Below are positions 37,323 through 50,285 of a stretch of DNA of 64,000 nt, piece after piece. The position numbers were made by a program, and so were the translations under genes. Under the pieces are notes generated by a model that worked only from the letters and a program-made list of their open reading frames with translations, had not been told where the DNA came from and ran no database searches. Position 1 is the stretch's first letter. Each line of letters opens with the position of its first letter. Source of the stretch: Neodothiora populina (lineage: Eukaryota); the NCBI RefSeq assembly GCF_041146345.1, contig NW_027191406.1:62001-126000 (forward strand), given 5' to 3'.

Positions 37323-38195
37323 CTACCCAGTGAGATCGAGCGACGAAAACCACGCCTCCAGCTCGTCCTCATCGGTCGACTCTTGCATAGTAACGTCCTC
37401 TCTCTCCCCTAAAAGACACTCAGAGCCCTCTTGCTCCCCTCTAGCAACACCGCAAAACCTCTCAGGATGAAACCACCTCAACGCCTCAACCTTATAAAGA
37501 TGCATCAACCTCCACTTCAGCCCTTCCTTCCTACACTTCAACGCCGGCTCCCTTGGATTCGTCGCAGCGTGCTCCCTTTCGCGCGCAGAGATCTGATCAT
37601 TCACCGCAGCCAGCACGCCTTGCGCCAGCGGGCTCTCAGCCGATCTATACCGCGGCTGTTTCTTGATGCCGTCATTGAGCTTGTGAGCGTCCTTGACGAC
37701 ATGCAAGCCCGCGCGGGCGATCCAGTCGTAGGAGGGGCCTATACAGCCATGGTAGGCAAGCACAGGGAGCAGGTACGCTGGCGCTGGAGTCTTGCTCTCG
37801 TTGTTCTTGGGGGGGGGGATCAGTAGGGCGCCGAGACAGGCTTCTTTCCGGCCTAGATGGCCGATCCGAGATAAGTAGATGCGCATTGTGGTCAGCTCTA
37901 GGTGCAGGACGAGCGCGGCCTGTAGGTCGGCGTAGTTGGGTGTTGCTGCTCTGATGTTGTTGTAGATGATGGTGGCGATGATGTCGTGCTGCCATTGGAA
38001 GCCTGGGATGTAGACATTTTCTCGGGGTCGGATGGTTTCGTCGATGGCCTCTTCACCAATCTGAGGCAGAGGTAAGGGAGCATCTTCCATCGGCTCATCG
38101 TGGTCATTGTCGTATATGGTGCTGCTGAAATTGGGAACAAAAGCAGCTCCATAGGAAAAAGCAGATCCAGATCCATGTACTAAAGAGGACTCCAT
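37323..38195 (-). CDS. Hypothetical protein, 290 aa
   Basis: Long uninterrupted ATG-initiated ORF; no recognised motif. Confidence 0.5.
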   Translation of the reverse strand: MESSLVHGSGSAFSYGAAFVPNFSSTIYDNDHDEPMEDAPLPLPQIGEEAIDETIRPRENVYIPGFQWQHDIIATIIYNNIRAATPNYADLQAALVLHLELTTMRIYLSRIGHLGRKEACLGALLIPPPKNNESKTPAPAYLLPVLAYHGCIGPSYDWIARAGLHVVKDAHKLNDGIKKQPRYRSAESPLAQGVLAAVNDQISAREREHAATNPREPALKCRKEGLKWRLMHLYKVEALRWFHPERFCGVARGEQEGSECLLGEREDVTMQESTDEDELEAWFSSLDLTG

Positions 38196-38879
38196 GACGA
38201 TCCTTCTTTGCTTGAGTTCGCTTCTGTTCTACAATGACAATGCTTGAAAGACTAGATAAAGCAGTCGGGGCTCCTCTCTTTCCGTTCCAGACTTTTATTT
38301 TCGCAGACAGATAACCACAGAATGGACGGCACTAGGAGGAGTCCAAACTCACTAGCGCACGAGCCCGTTCCCTGACAACGATGTCCATAAACAAGTGTAT
38401 GCCTAGGATGCTTCTCTAGCATAGCTAAGTCTTGTCTCTTCGCAGTAGTAGTTTTCTATAGCGTCGTCGAGATACCGTGCTGCCCACTACAAGGTGTGTC
38501 ATGTTTCTGGCCGTTAGTTGCAGGTTTATCTGTCGGTATTTAGGCATTTCTTCTCTGTCTAGCCATCTCCGCTGGATATAAGAATGCTTGTAGTGAGTGT
38601 TGTTCGCTTTCAATCTCTGCCTAGAGCTGTGGAGACCAAATTCGTCACTTGTAAGTGAGCGGACAACGACTTCAGATGGATAGTAGTAAAGATGGCGGAT
38701 ATCCAGACACGCAGATACAGATTACACGCGCCCAGGATCGTTCCTACTTGTGGAAGCTGCAACGCATTTCTTGCGGACTCTTTACGATTTCGAGAGATTG
38801 AAATCCATTAGTCTAAGGCTGACTACAAAATAGAGAAGTGGAATCAATCCTAATGACTAACCCAAAGCATCTCAAATAT

Positions 38880-39902
38880 CTACATGGTCACGACAATCTT
38901 CTTCGCAGACACCCCTTTCTTCTGAACCTCCAACGCATCCTGAATAGCTCCAATTCCCTTCCCTACCACCTCTGCCGGCGGCGTACAGATAAATGAACCC
39001 TCTGCAAGCGCCTGTGGCAGGAAATCCACAAAGACCGCAGGACCAACCTCATCGTCCCGAAGAGAACTACCGAAGATGAACTTCGCTTCGACGCCTTCCG
39101 GAATGTCTCCAGATGGCTGCTTGACGGTAGCGACGGACTTGACCCCGCCTACTTTATCTACCACTCTCGCACAAGGTACGGTGCCGTCACCGACGCAGGC
39201 AAGAGCACCAGCACTTGATTTCCCTTGGAACGCCTCGATAATCTCGGCGACGACCGTGTCGCTCCTGTAGTCAAAGACTTTACTGGCTCCGAGTCCCTGG
39301 ACATATTCGAAATTTTTAGGGGATGTGGTGGCGAAAACCTCATAGCCTGCAGCAACGGCGAGTTGGACAGCGTTACTCCCGACGCTGGTCGCAGCTGACC
39401 ATATGAGCACCGTCTTGCCGGACGGTGTTGGTTTCGTTGCCTTGGGGTGTTGCAATCCCAGGAACCCCTTTTGGAATAACCCGCATGCTGCCGTTGACGT
39501 GCCCAAGGGCACAACACAAGCAGATTCATAGCTTATGCTTTCGGGCATTTTCGCGGACAAGTGGTCGTCTAGTAAAACAAAGGACTGGAAAGCCCCATGA
39601 GTAGGACCGCAATTGAAGAAAGCAGCCAGGCCGAGCACACGATCGCCTGGGCTGAATCGAGTCACGGCACTGCCGACTTGCACTACTTCGCCAGCAACGT
39701 CGCTTCCGAGAATGGTGGGATACTGCAGAAACCCAAAACGGTCATCGCCAACTTGCTGGATAAACCAGTCCACGGGGTTAATGGCTACCGCTGCAGTCTT
39801 GACGACGATTTCGTGCTCCTTTGGAGAAGGGTAGGGCGCCTCTTTGGTTTCGTAGGTCTTGGCTCTGGAGGCGGTCTGCCAGGCGGCTGTGTTCTGGGAC
39901 AT
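38880..39902 (-). CDS. Medium-chain dehydrogenase/reductase, enoyl-reductase (LovC-like) type
   Basis: AVAINPVDW, ILGSDVAGEV, GAFQ, VLIWSAATSVGSNAVQLA, LGASKVFDY, GVSAKKIVV. Confidence 0.9.
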   Translation of the reverse strand: MSQNTAAWQTASRAKTYETKEAPYPSPKEHEIVVKTAAVAINPVDWFIQQVGDDRFGFLQYPTILGSDVAGEVVQVGSAVTRFSPGDRVLGLAAFFNCGPTHGAFQSFVLLDDHLSAKMPESISYESACVVPLGTSTAACGLFQKGFLGLQHPKATKPTPSGKTVLIWSAATSVGSNAVQLAVAAGYEVFATTSPKNFEYVQGLGASKVFDYRSDTVVAEIIEAFQGKSSAGALACVGDGTVPCARVVDKVGGVKSVATVKQPSGDIPEGVEAKFIFGSSLRDDEVGPAVFVDFLPQALAEGSFICTPPAEVVGKGIGAIQDALEVQKKGVSAKKIVVTM

Positions 39903-40565
39903 GATGAGGTTTGATCGAGGCTTAGAAGTTGATCTAGGTGACTGAGATAGAATACAAGTATTGAATTATGGTCAAATCAATCGGGGATGACTTGGTATTG
40001 ATCGAATTGAGTTGGTTTGCAAGTATACTGTATGGAGCTGATCAATGACCATGTGAGCCCGACCAGAGTATCTCATCGCTTATATGTTCTCTGCCTCGTC
40101 TGCGCCAGCTCATGGCATGATCAAGTAGTGGGCGGCCATCGGGGACAAGATATTACCGGATTCGGTAATCCCTATATCGATGACGGAGATAAGAGCAGAT
40201 CATGGAGATGATCTGGCAATTTCGTCTATTAGAAGAGCGGCCGAAGATGACAAATCGACACTTGACATGCTCAAGGATTAGTAAGGCGGTGTTGTTGATG
40301 TACAGTACTGGATGCTTTCATTGCACTAAGAAGTCTGCAAAGGGTTAGATACGTATGGTGTGGAGCCCCGGCTTACGATATGCACTGCGATGGTGTGGAG
40401 GGCTTTCGGCCGAGGCAGCGGACCTCAACGCCGAGATTCTTGGGAATGGCTGAGATTTGACCTATTGCTTGACAATACCAACTTGATTTGCAGCTATGAT
40501 TCATGTACAATTTTTGTACGCGATACTTCTCGATTCTTTCCAAGGACATGACGCATATCTATAGT

Positions 40566-41701
40566 CTAAGTGCTGGACGCAATAACCTTGGACACTACCT
40601 TTCCCAATGAGTCCATCTCGGGATTGCCAATCTTTGCGTTGTCGCTCTCGTTATAGAGAGTGCCGCCCTCTGTCCAGATCCTTCGCAGAGTATAAACTGT
40701 AGCTACTGGATTGCATGATTCCCACGCGTTCTTCTCCAGTTCCTTCAGCTTCGGGAGAGAGGTATAGTTGACTTGCCACTTTGCGCCACCGGTCTGGTTT
40801 TCGAACTCATGTAGAATCTCATGGCCAGTGGTGGTGAACGAGTTGACCTTCAACGCCTTGTTCTTTGATGGTGCAGGGTGTTTTAGAGCTGCTACCAACA
40901 ATTTTCCGACACTACACATGAGGACGACGCATGATCAGTAGACTGAACTTCCGGAAGCTGCGCAGTGCAGCTTAACACAGTATAATGAGAAAAACTCACT
41001 CTTCCATGGTAGTGAGACTAATTTTCTCATCACCCGTGCCTAGTAGAGTCGCGGTCTTGCTTCCAGGATCGAACGAACCATACTCTGCGTTCTTGCTCTT
41101 TGTGATGAACAGGTCCGCATAAGGACCCGTGACCAGATATGTGTACTCGAGCCGCTTGATGTGCTCGCGAATGTAAGCCCGCACTTGCAACTTCAGCTGG
41201 TGTGGCTTTTCGTGTGGTGACTTGATCGGGTCATATTCAATATCTGTACCGTACTCGGAGGGAAAGAAGCGCTTAATCGTCGACGACGCCTCGGCCCATC
41301 TGATCAGATCAATTTGGGATGCGATCACGTTGCGGCCCACAGCGCTAACGACAGTGTCGAAACCTGTACACACAAGACTCATGAGCTCAGCACATATACT
41401 TCCAGCTTTTCAATATGTTCTTGTGAAGGTGATGACTTCATTGGGGTGTATTAGGAGACACGGTGAACTTGCTTTCATATGCTTTGAGGACGTCCTCTTG
41501 CTTGGCCAGATCCCCCACGATGACCTTGAGGCCTCGAGATTGCCATTGTTCAAGCTGTGCCTTCTTGCTCTCAACAGTCGTCTGCGATGTGAAGATAGCT
41601 ATGTCACCAAAAGCAGATCGAGCTGTAATGAGAGCATCGGTAATGAATTTGCCGATCACCCCTGTGCCTCCAAATATCAGGATATTCCTGGTTGCAGACA
41701 T
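40566..41701 (-). CDS. NmrA/isoflavone reductase-like SDR; introns 41364-41472 (GC-AG) and ~40912-40999
   Basis: [43 protein letters not shown]. Confidence 0.88.
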
Positions 41702-42208
41702 CTCGCTGTATGATAGCTATTACAGTGTCGAATGGAAGGCACGGCGACAGGTTCAGCAAGATATTTGCTGTCCTGCATGCCTTGAATTTGCGTGCTACAG
41801 ATCAACACTGGCGTCAATAGCGACCCCACTACGTCGGTGATATCGGACTTATAACGCTACAGCTCAATTGCATGCTCATCCTGATACTGCTGACATCGAA
41901 CTTCATGATGTTCGCAGCCAATACGCCTTCGTCTCAGGTCCTTCGGAGCTTTCGGTATCCACAGATGCTCCAGTACATGATCGGGTATATAGTGATTCAC
42001 ATTTACTTCTAGGAAAGCATAAGAGGCACGGCATTTAGCCTGTGTGAACACAGTGCTGCGGCTCTCGTGAATTTTCGATCTTCCTTCTACGTACTACCTC
42101 TTTCACGCTTACTGGTGTTCATTCCATGGTTCTCATGCGAGCATTTGAACGGAGATACCTGTAAACGCATCGAAGGGTAATGGCAGGATAGACATGAGAA
42201 GAGACCGT

Positions 42209-42220
42209 CTTATCGATAAG
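42209..42220. promoter_or_regulatory. Palindromic double GATA site (CTTATCGATAAG) between the NmrA-like and dioxygenase genes
   Basis: Perfect 12-bp palindrome, with further GATAA matches near 42249 and 42324. Confidence 0.35.
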
Positions 42221-42465
42221 GAATCCACTTTAAGTGGCGGGACACAGGATAAAGTTTGCACTTGGTAGTCCTGAGGCTTGTCATCGACATTATTTTATAT
42301 TGTACACAGTACCTTACATTCCAGATAATCGTTGATCTTGAGATAGAATCAATATCTTGTAAATCGATCTGTCTTTACTAGCTAAGGCTTTCAATATATC
42401 AGCGGGGATTTTTCAAAGGTACATGAAAAGATTGTCCGATATCGGCACATGCTCAATCAACGAAT

Positions 42466-43624
42466 ATGGCAGGCATTGAGAAGGTATGCTCTGTTGAACT
42501 CCTCAATGACACTTTGCTCACCCATATCCAGTCACCATTCCAAATCCCTCTAGTGGACTTCAGCAAGTACCTTCGAGGCAACGAAATAGAGCGCACAGAA
42601 TGTGTTGCAGAGATCATGAAAGGCTTCACCAGTTCCGGCTTCGTATACCTTCGTAACAGTGGACTCTCGCCGAAGAACGCCTTTGAGTGGTCCGAGAAAT
42701 ATTTCTCTTTACCACTGGAGGAGAAGCAAAAATTCCCTAATGTCGACCCGGCTGTGAATCGAGGCTACAGTGGGATTGGTGTAGAGAAAGTGACAAATGC
42801 CGAAAGTGAGGAAGATATCGCCACCCTCCGCGCCATGGTGCCAGACATCAAAGAAAGTATCGAGATTGGAAGTGAATCATCGGAATATCCGACCAAACCA
42901 CACGCCAATCATTGGCCGGAGTCAATACCCGGTTTCCGCGAAGCAATGAATGAATTCTTCAGCCAATGCGATCACTTGCACAGGACCCTGCTGAGCGCGA
43001 TCGCAGAAGGCTTGGGCATTGCGCCTACCTACTTTGACAAGCAAATCGCTGCAGGAGACCATTGCATGAGGCTACTACATTATCCTGCCGTGCCAAAAGC
43101 TGTACTCACCAAAGAGAATGCTGTACGGGCTGGGCTTCATACTGATTATGGCACGGTCACCTTACTTTTCCAGGATGGTAGTGGAGGCCTTCAGGTTCGA
43201 ACACCAAATGGTGACTTCCTGGATGTAAGGAGCATTGACGCTGTTTTGTTCTGCAAATCCGAGGCTGACCTGCTGCAGGTCCCACCGATCGACGATAGCA
43301 TAGTCATTAATGCAGGTGATTTGCTACAGATTTGGTCCAACGATGTGATCAAGTCAACATATCACAGAGTTGTTTCACCACCCGATGCTCCAACCACTGA
43401 TGACGACAAGTTTTCTGCTAGGTATTCAATCGCTGTCAGTATTGCCATCCACTTGATGTTATTGTACTTCTTCTGACTGTTTCTGACAGTTCTTTGCTCA
43501 TCCCGATCACGACAAAGTTGTGGAAGCAATTGAGACGTGTTGGGATGAGGTTTCGCGGCCAAAGAAGTACGGGCCAATTATGCCGATTGACTGGATGATC
43601 AAGCGTCTTGCGGCGACTTACTGA
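42466..43624 (+). CDS. 2-oxoglutarate/Fe(II) dioxygenase (IPNS/DIOX_N family), 4 exons
   Basis: IPLVDF, NRGY, DIKESIEIG, RLLHYP, HTDYGTVTLLFQD, INAGDLLQIWSND...STYHRV, RYSIA|FFAHPD. Confidence 0.92.
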
Positions 43625-45317
43625 TTGGCGCATATGGATGCGACAGACCAAGTGCATCGTCTGCTCCTGGGTAAATTGACTGATTGGAAACCGCAGAGGC
43701 GCAGACTGTTACATATGCAAATTTTACACTTAGCTGGGACTCACTCGCGTTGCCACAGCAAGTTAAGGTATAAAATTATCGGTACATGGCCATAACACGA
43801 GACCGTTGCATTCCACCCAAGAGCGATACCTGTTCCGTAGACAAATTAAATGACTCTTCTCCTGTTCACGAAGTTCATTGATAGTCGAACGCATGATTCA
43901 TGCTCGTCGGATTCGCCCGAGGTAGTTTGCCCCTGTGCAGGTAATCGTTACGAAACGACATCAGCCTTATAGTACAAATAGCGATGACGCTGGGAAGACG
44001 TACCGGAGAACGATTGGTAAGTTGGTAAGGTAAGGTAAAGATAGACGACGTATCGTGGACGGACCCAGCGAACGGGAAACACATCCGCATAGCAATGTCA
44101 TGTTCTAGTACTTCCCTCTTATTCCGCAGTCAAGATCCGATTCGTTCGAAGGATGGGCGAGTAAGGCTTGCACTGCATCATCGAAGGATTCGAGTCGCGT
44201 TTCCTTTCTTGGCTCCAGCATAACCGTTCAAGATCGTGCGATAAGCTTTGTTGGCATGCTTGTAATTGCCTTATCTGTGTGCTGACAACTGCTTACAAGT
44301 CTCTGAACCAGACCTCAGGAACAGTAAATAAGCCGTGATACAATTCTCCTTGACAGGCCTTGACAGGTCGCGTGCCCACCATACTGTATGTATATAGGTA
44401 GTGAGTGCATTGTTCACATGGCACAGCGGGGTTCCCGCCGGCAACAGTGCAACAAAATCTTGTCTGGCAATCCGGTTATTCTAAGGGTGGTAGGGATCTT
44501 CGTGGTTGCTTTTGGAGATCTTGCAGGTAATTTTCGATCCTGCGCGACCACATTCACCGTTCCCCTTCGTCTTGTAGGGCATTCGCGACCGGTCACGATT
44601 CTCAAGAGGTTTCAACATGTCGAACACACAATTGAAGCGACACTTCTTACATGCTCAAAATGCGCAATCCTTCCAAGTAGCCTTACATGTTCATGCTGCG
44701 CAGTTGGTATAGACACAACCGATGACGTCCGATTTGACGAGAGGTTAATTGTGGTCAAGCACTAAAGTGACAAGAACAGGTACTCGCTGCATCATTCGCA
44801 GGCAACATTGACCGTGATTGGTTGGGGTCCAATATATCCGAACGGCTTACCCGCTTGTGGCGTTAGAGTATGACGTTACACTTACCATTTACACGTGAGC
44901 TACATCGGAACATCTTTAGAACAGAATATGAATCCGTCACATGAATTATGGTAAAGGGAAATTCGAATCAGAAGTGACTCTGCAAATGCTGTCGTTTCAT
45001 GAAGCAACAAAAGCGTTGCGTTGTTGCAATGAGTCGATGATAAGCGCACTGTGGCAACGCCGCCCTTGCTTGGATCGGACACCCCATGGGAAAGATAGAA
45101 AATCCGCGAAAAGGCCGATGGGGCTCCCACAACGTTGCATATACAGAATCCACTTTTATTGACCTTGCTCCATCCAAAACCCGGGCGAGGCGGGAGACAC
45201 CCTGGAGCCGCTAGGTGGGGAATACGCGGGTGGTTAAATAGAGATGCATCACCCCCGGATACACTGTTTTTTGACTAAAGCTTGCCTCCGCTTTATTTCT
45301 TGTTGATTGAGTTCATC

Positions 45318-47282
45318 ATGTCGTCCACACCGGATAGTCTCAATGAGAAGTCATCCAAGGATGAGCCTCTTGGTGGTCTTACCAACGCCCCGGCTGGTGG
45401 CATGGTTGAGCATGCTGAGAACAGTGCCATTCCCCCAGTAAAGACTACTGAGAAACGTCACCGTGCTCGCTTTCCCAGCATATCTACCCCAGGGACCAAA
45501 TTGGAGCAAAAGAAAACAATCGACGACCCAGATGTATTCATCCTCGATGAGGAAGACTGCTACGAAGAATTGGGTTTCTGTTATCCGAATTGGAAGAAAT
45601 GGGGCATTCTTACTAGTAAGTATTGATTTACTCTTTGGTGGTCGACAATACTGATCAATTGCTCTTCATAGTCATTTTCTGGATCCAGGTATCCATGAAC
45701 TTCAACACTAGTCTTTATTCCAACGCTATCAGTGGACCCAATGGCGGTATAGCAGAGGAATTCAACATCAGCGAACAGGCTGCTCGTTGTGGTGCTATGA
45801 TTTTCCTCGTCTTATACGCTTTTGGCTGCGAGCTGTGGGCCCCTTGGTCTGAGGAGATTGGACGGTGGCCCATCCTTCAGCTTTCGCTGTTCCTTGTCAA
45901 TATCTGGCAACTACCTGTTGCTCTCGCGCCCAACTTCGCCAGTGTTATGGTCGGCCGTGCCTTGGGTGGTCTGTCCTCTGCCGGAGGATCCGTCACTCTG
46001 GGTATGATTGCTGATATGTGGGAGCCTGACAATCAACAATACGCCGTTGCCTATGTCGTCTTCTCTTCTGTTGGTGGATCCGTTCTTGGCCCTATCGTTG
46101 GTGGTTTCGTCCAACAATTCTGCAAGTGGCGCTGGAACATCTGGATTCAGGTATGTTATTAGCTCCACTCAGAGCGCTGCTGTGTACTCTAATTGCTGAC
46201 AAATGGTGTTTCAGCTTATCTTTGGTGGTGTTGTCCAAGCAGCTCACTTTTTCTTTGTCCCGGAGACTCGTACGACTGTTATGATGAACAAGATTGCCAA
46301 GAAGCGCAGAAAGAGTGGCGAACAGCCTAATGTTTACGGACCGACCGAGCTTATCCCATGGAGGGAGCGATTCGAGGCCAAGGAGATTCTACTTACTTGG
46401 GTCAGACCGTTCAAGATGTTCCTCACCGAGCCCATTGTTCTCACTCTGTCCCTTCTGTCCGGTTTCTCCGATGCTCTGATCTTCATCTTCTTGCAATCTT
46501 TCTCTCTGGTGTTCGACCAGTGGGGTTTTGAACCAATGACTGATGGACTCGCCTTCATTTCCATTGGTGTTGGTTACATCATTGCATGGATCTCATTCTT
46601 CCCCGCCATCGCGCGTAACAAGCGCCAGCGCGCAGAGAAGCCTAACGATGAGCATGCACAATACGAGTCTCGTTTGTGGTGGTTGCTGTTCACAGTGCCC
46701 TGCCTGCCAATCGGTCTTTTCATCTTTGCCTGGTCAAGTGGAGGTCCCCCAATCCATTGGATGGGTCCTATGGTCGGTGCCGCCATCATCGGCATCGCCA
46801 ACTACTCGATTTACATGGCTACTATTGATTACATGATCTGCGCCTACGGACCATACTCTGCATCGGCCACTGGAGGCAACGGATGGTCTCGCGACTTTCT
46901 CGCAGGTGTGCTCACCATCCCAGCAACTCCCTTCTACAATAACATCGGTGGCAAAATGCATCTTCAATACGCCTCGACCATTCTCGCATGTATCGCGACA
47001 CTCCTGGTCGTTTCCGTGTACGTGATCTACTGGAAAGGCCCCGTACTCCGCAAGAGATCCAAGTTCGCCCAGCAGCTCAACAACGCCCGTCAAGAGAACG
47101 GTGGCAGAAGAGTCTCCGTGGTCCCTGGTAGCAAGACCGCGAGTCGAAACAACAGCTACGCTCGCTCGTCGAGCAGGCCCGGCAGCATTGCTGCCTCGAG
47201 ACAGAACAGCATTGCCGGCACACCTGGCCAGAGCTTCGCTGCTGCTCACAGACAGAACAGTCTCGCCAACACCACGGTTTAG
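45318..47282 (+). CDS. MFS transporter (DHA1 drug:H+ antiporter-like), 3 exons
   Basis: WAPWSEEIGRWP, GRALGGLS, GPIVGGFV, WRWNIWIQ, VPETR, RPFKMFLTEPIV. Confidence 0.92.
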
Positions 47283-48132
47283 GCTCTCTTTTCCTCTTTT
47301 TATCGCGCAATGACGTGCATGTTTTGTTATGAATGGTGGATGTTTGACGAAGAACTTATCACATTATAATACATCCAGATCTCTTCTGCGATGCGTTTCG
47401 GTTGTCGCGGGATCATGACTGGTGAAGATACCCATACATAGTTCCTTTTGGACTCCTTTTACCCTTACACATAATACAAGTCAGTCTTGCTGACTTCTCA
47501 AATTCGACCGTGCCAACCTCATCATGCAGTGTATCGAACAAGTCGGATGTGATTTCATGACTGAGATCATTGTACTCCCGTGACATCTCCCGCGACATCT
47601 GCTGATTTGACAGACATGAGAACTCAGTGTTTGTCTATCTTACACCATCCTCGCAAGAATACTGTTGTCGGCGCCATAGCGCATCGTGCTATTGCAGAGT
47701 GCGTGATATAGCTGCCGAATACCTTCTCACTTACTCACCAGCGTAAGGTATGCACCTGGAATATCCAGTCAACAAGTGTTGTATCGCAGGACAATAATCG
47801 ACAAGGACAGGGTTTCCCTCCCGACTAAAGGCACAGCTATCGCTGTGCAGAAATGCTTGAGAGCAACCTTGGCGTCGTCATTACTTAGATCCTTCCCCGC
47901 CAAAACAGGTACCATCTGCGGAGAAGAGGCCCACGCATTAGGGTGCGCGTATCAACACTGATGTTCTTGACATTTCATCATTCACTTGCGACCCTAGCTT
48001 CTGGCGAAGAGCGCCTGGAGGTTATTTGATCGATATAAGTTTTGCGTATATAACTACGTTGTTTTCTAAGGTTGATTGAAAACATCGTTGCCATCGAAGA
48101 GGGTGACTATTTACACACCTTACCTGTAAAAA

Positions 48133-49437
48133 ATGTCGGAGACAAACAGATCTGCGCTCAAAGAGTTCCTTGCAGTATGAGATGACTTTACCCTGATAAA
48201 TGCCTTCCAAGTGTCACTTACGAAAGTCCTAGTCCATTGCGACGATCAAGGGAGATCTTGCGAATATCACCGCCCCACCCTTTCTACTCGCATCCCAATC
48301 GACGGTCGAGTTTCCGTCGTATTGGGCGGAGCATCCTTCCATTTTTGTCGCACCTGCATCTGAGCCTGATCCCGAAAAGCGAGCTTTGCTCGTTCTGAAA
48401 TGGTTCCTTGCAGCACTCAAGCGCCAGCAATACGCAGGCCGTGACGAGAAAGACGGGGTCAAGAAGCCACTCAATGCTTTCTTGGGGGAGCTTTTCTTCG
48501 CTGATTGGACCGACGAGGCTGGAACAACTAAATTAGTTTCCGAGCAAGTCAGGTAATCCGCCACATCTTTCGTTGGTATGGCACTGCTGTTGACCGCATG
48601 ACTGACAATCTCAGCCATCATCCACCAATAACAGCATGCTATCTATGGAATGACGATCATGGCGTCCGCGCCGACGGATTTGCTTGCCAGTCGATTACCT
48701 TCAATGGCAGCGTGAATATAAAGCAAATGGGTCACGCAATCCTGCATGTCGTCAAGTACGACGAGGATTACCTAATACCACTGCCGAATGTCAAGGTACA
48801 AGGTCTTCTGACAGGCTCACCATATCCAGAACTATCAGGTACTTATCAGATCATTTCGTCAAGCGGCTATGTCTCGGAAATCGACTTCAGTGGCAAGAAG
48901 TTGTTCGGCATATCAGGTAAGAAGAATATCGTACGTGCAACACTTTCAGGCCGGAGAGACGCAGGGAAGAGCAAGCCTCTCTACACCGTCGAAGGCACCT
49001 GGAATGACAAGTTTACGATCCGAGACGAAGGTAGTGGGAAGGACATTGAGGTGTACGATACTTCTGCGAACCCAGCAACTCCCCTGCGGACCGCGGACTC
49101 GACTCTTCAGGATGCCTGGGAGTCGCGTAAGGCATGGGGCCAAACAATACAAAGTCTGAACAACGGACAAATGCAGGCGGCCAGCGATGCAAAGTCGAAA
49201 GTCGAGGAAGGTCAGCGTGAAATGAGGAGACAAGAAGCACAACAGAGAAACAAATGGCAGCCAGTCTTTTTCCGCAATGATCCTCAGGACGAGAGGTACA
49301 GCAAATTGGCCTCTCTAGCTGAAACGACACCTGAACTGGATCCGCAATTGGGCTTCTGGAGATTTGATTTGGACAAGGCCGATGCAGCGCGGAAGCCTTT
49401 CCATGGAGAGTCGAGGCCAGACAATACGGCGTCATGA
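48133..49437 (+). CDS. Oxysterol-binding protein, short Osh4/Kes1-like, 3 exons
   Basis: GDLANITAPPFLL, KKPLNAFLGELF, EQVS|HHPP signature, WESRKAW, KSKVEEGQR. Confidence 0.9.
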
Positions 49438-50285
49438 TATCTGGCGTCGTCTCGATGTGAGCAGTTCTGCGCGTCGTCGCTTATACTATACCTTAGCGAC
49501 ATAGTGGATCATAGCACCTAATCGCGCTGAAGGTGTGATTATACACCGAGCTCTACTGTATGCTGCAGACCTGCTGAGAACCCTTACTGAAGCGTCTTTC
49601 GTTCGAGAAACATTGATGGCTTGCGTGTAAGTCTCAAGTTGACCGATCCGTAAGCAAACTCCATGGGTCACGTACGAGAAAGAATCTCGGCTGCAGAATG
49701 CTGGCTGAGGCATCTCATCAGATGTGTGATGATTGTCGACGCTCATGATGGGGTTGTCGACTGATTCCGAACATCTGCATCAATGAAGGGGCGAGCTTGC
49801 TTAGTTAAGCGACATATCACACGATCCAAGGTAGACTCCACGAATTGTGGGGCCTCTCACCACATAATTTCTCTCCAGTCGTTGACAATTGGTAATTCAC
49901 CAAAATGTTGCCCAAAGGTCAGACACTGTCAGTCGTTGCCTCTAGGCAAGGTAAGGTCAAGACTTAGATGGGCGGCCAGCTTCGCCGCCTGATGTATGGT
50001 GACCTTGCGGATAAATGATACGCCGAGGCGGCGGCGTTAGTCGTAGTCGCCGAAAATCTCTCTTTTTGTGGCGACGCGAGAAGGTATGCCGAGCGACAGT
50101 CACCGCTTAATTAATACTAACGATTTTTCGTAATTATTCCGATAGAAGGAATTAAACACATACCCGTCCGGAGGGAGTCGCTTTTTGATTATCTGACAAT
50201 TGTCCGATATAGCCACGTCTATTATTAGACTCGTCGAGCTGAAGACAGCCGACTTTTGACGCAAGATAGCAATAGTAGACGGAGG

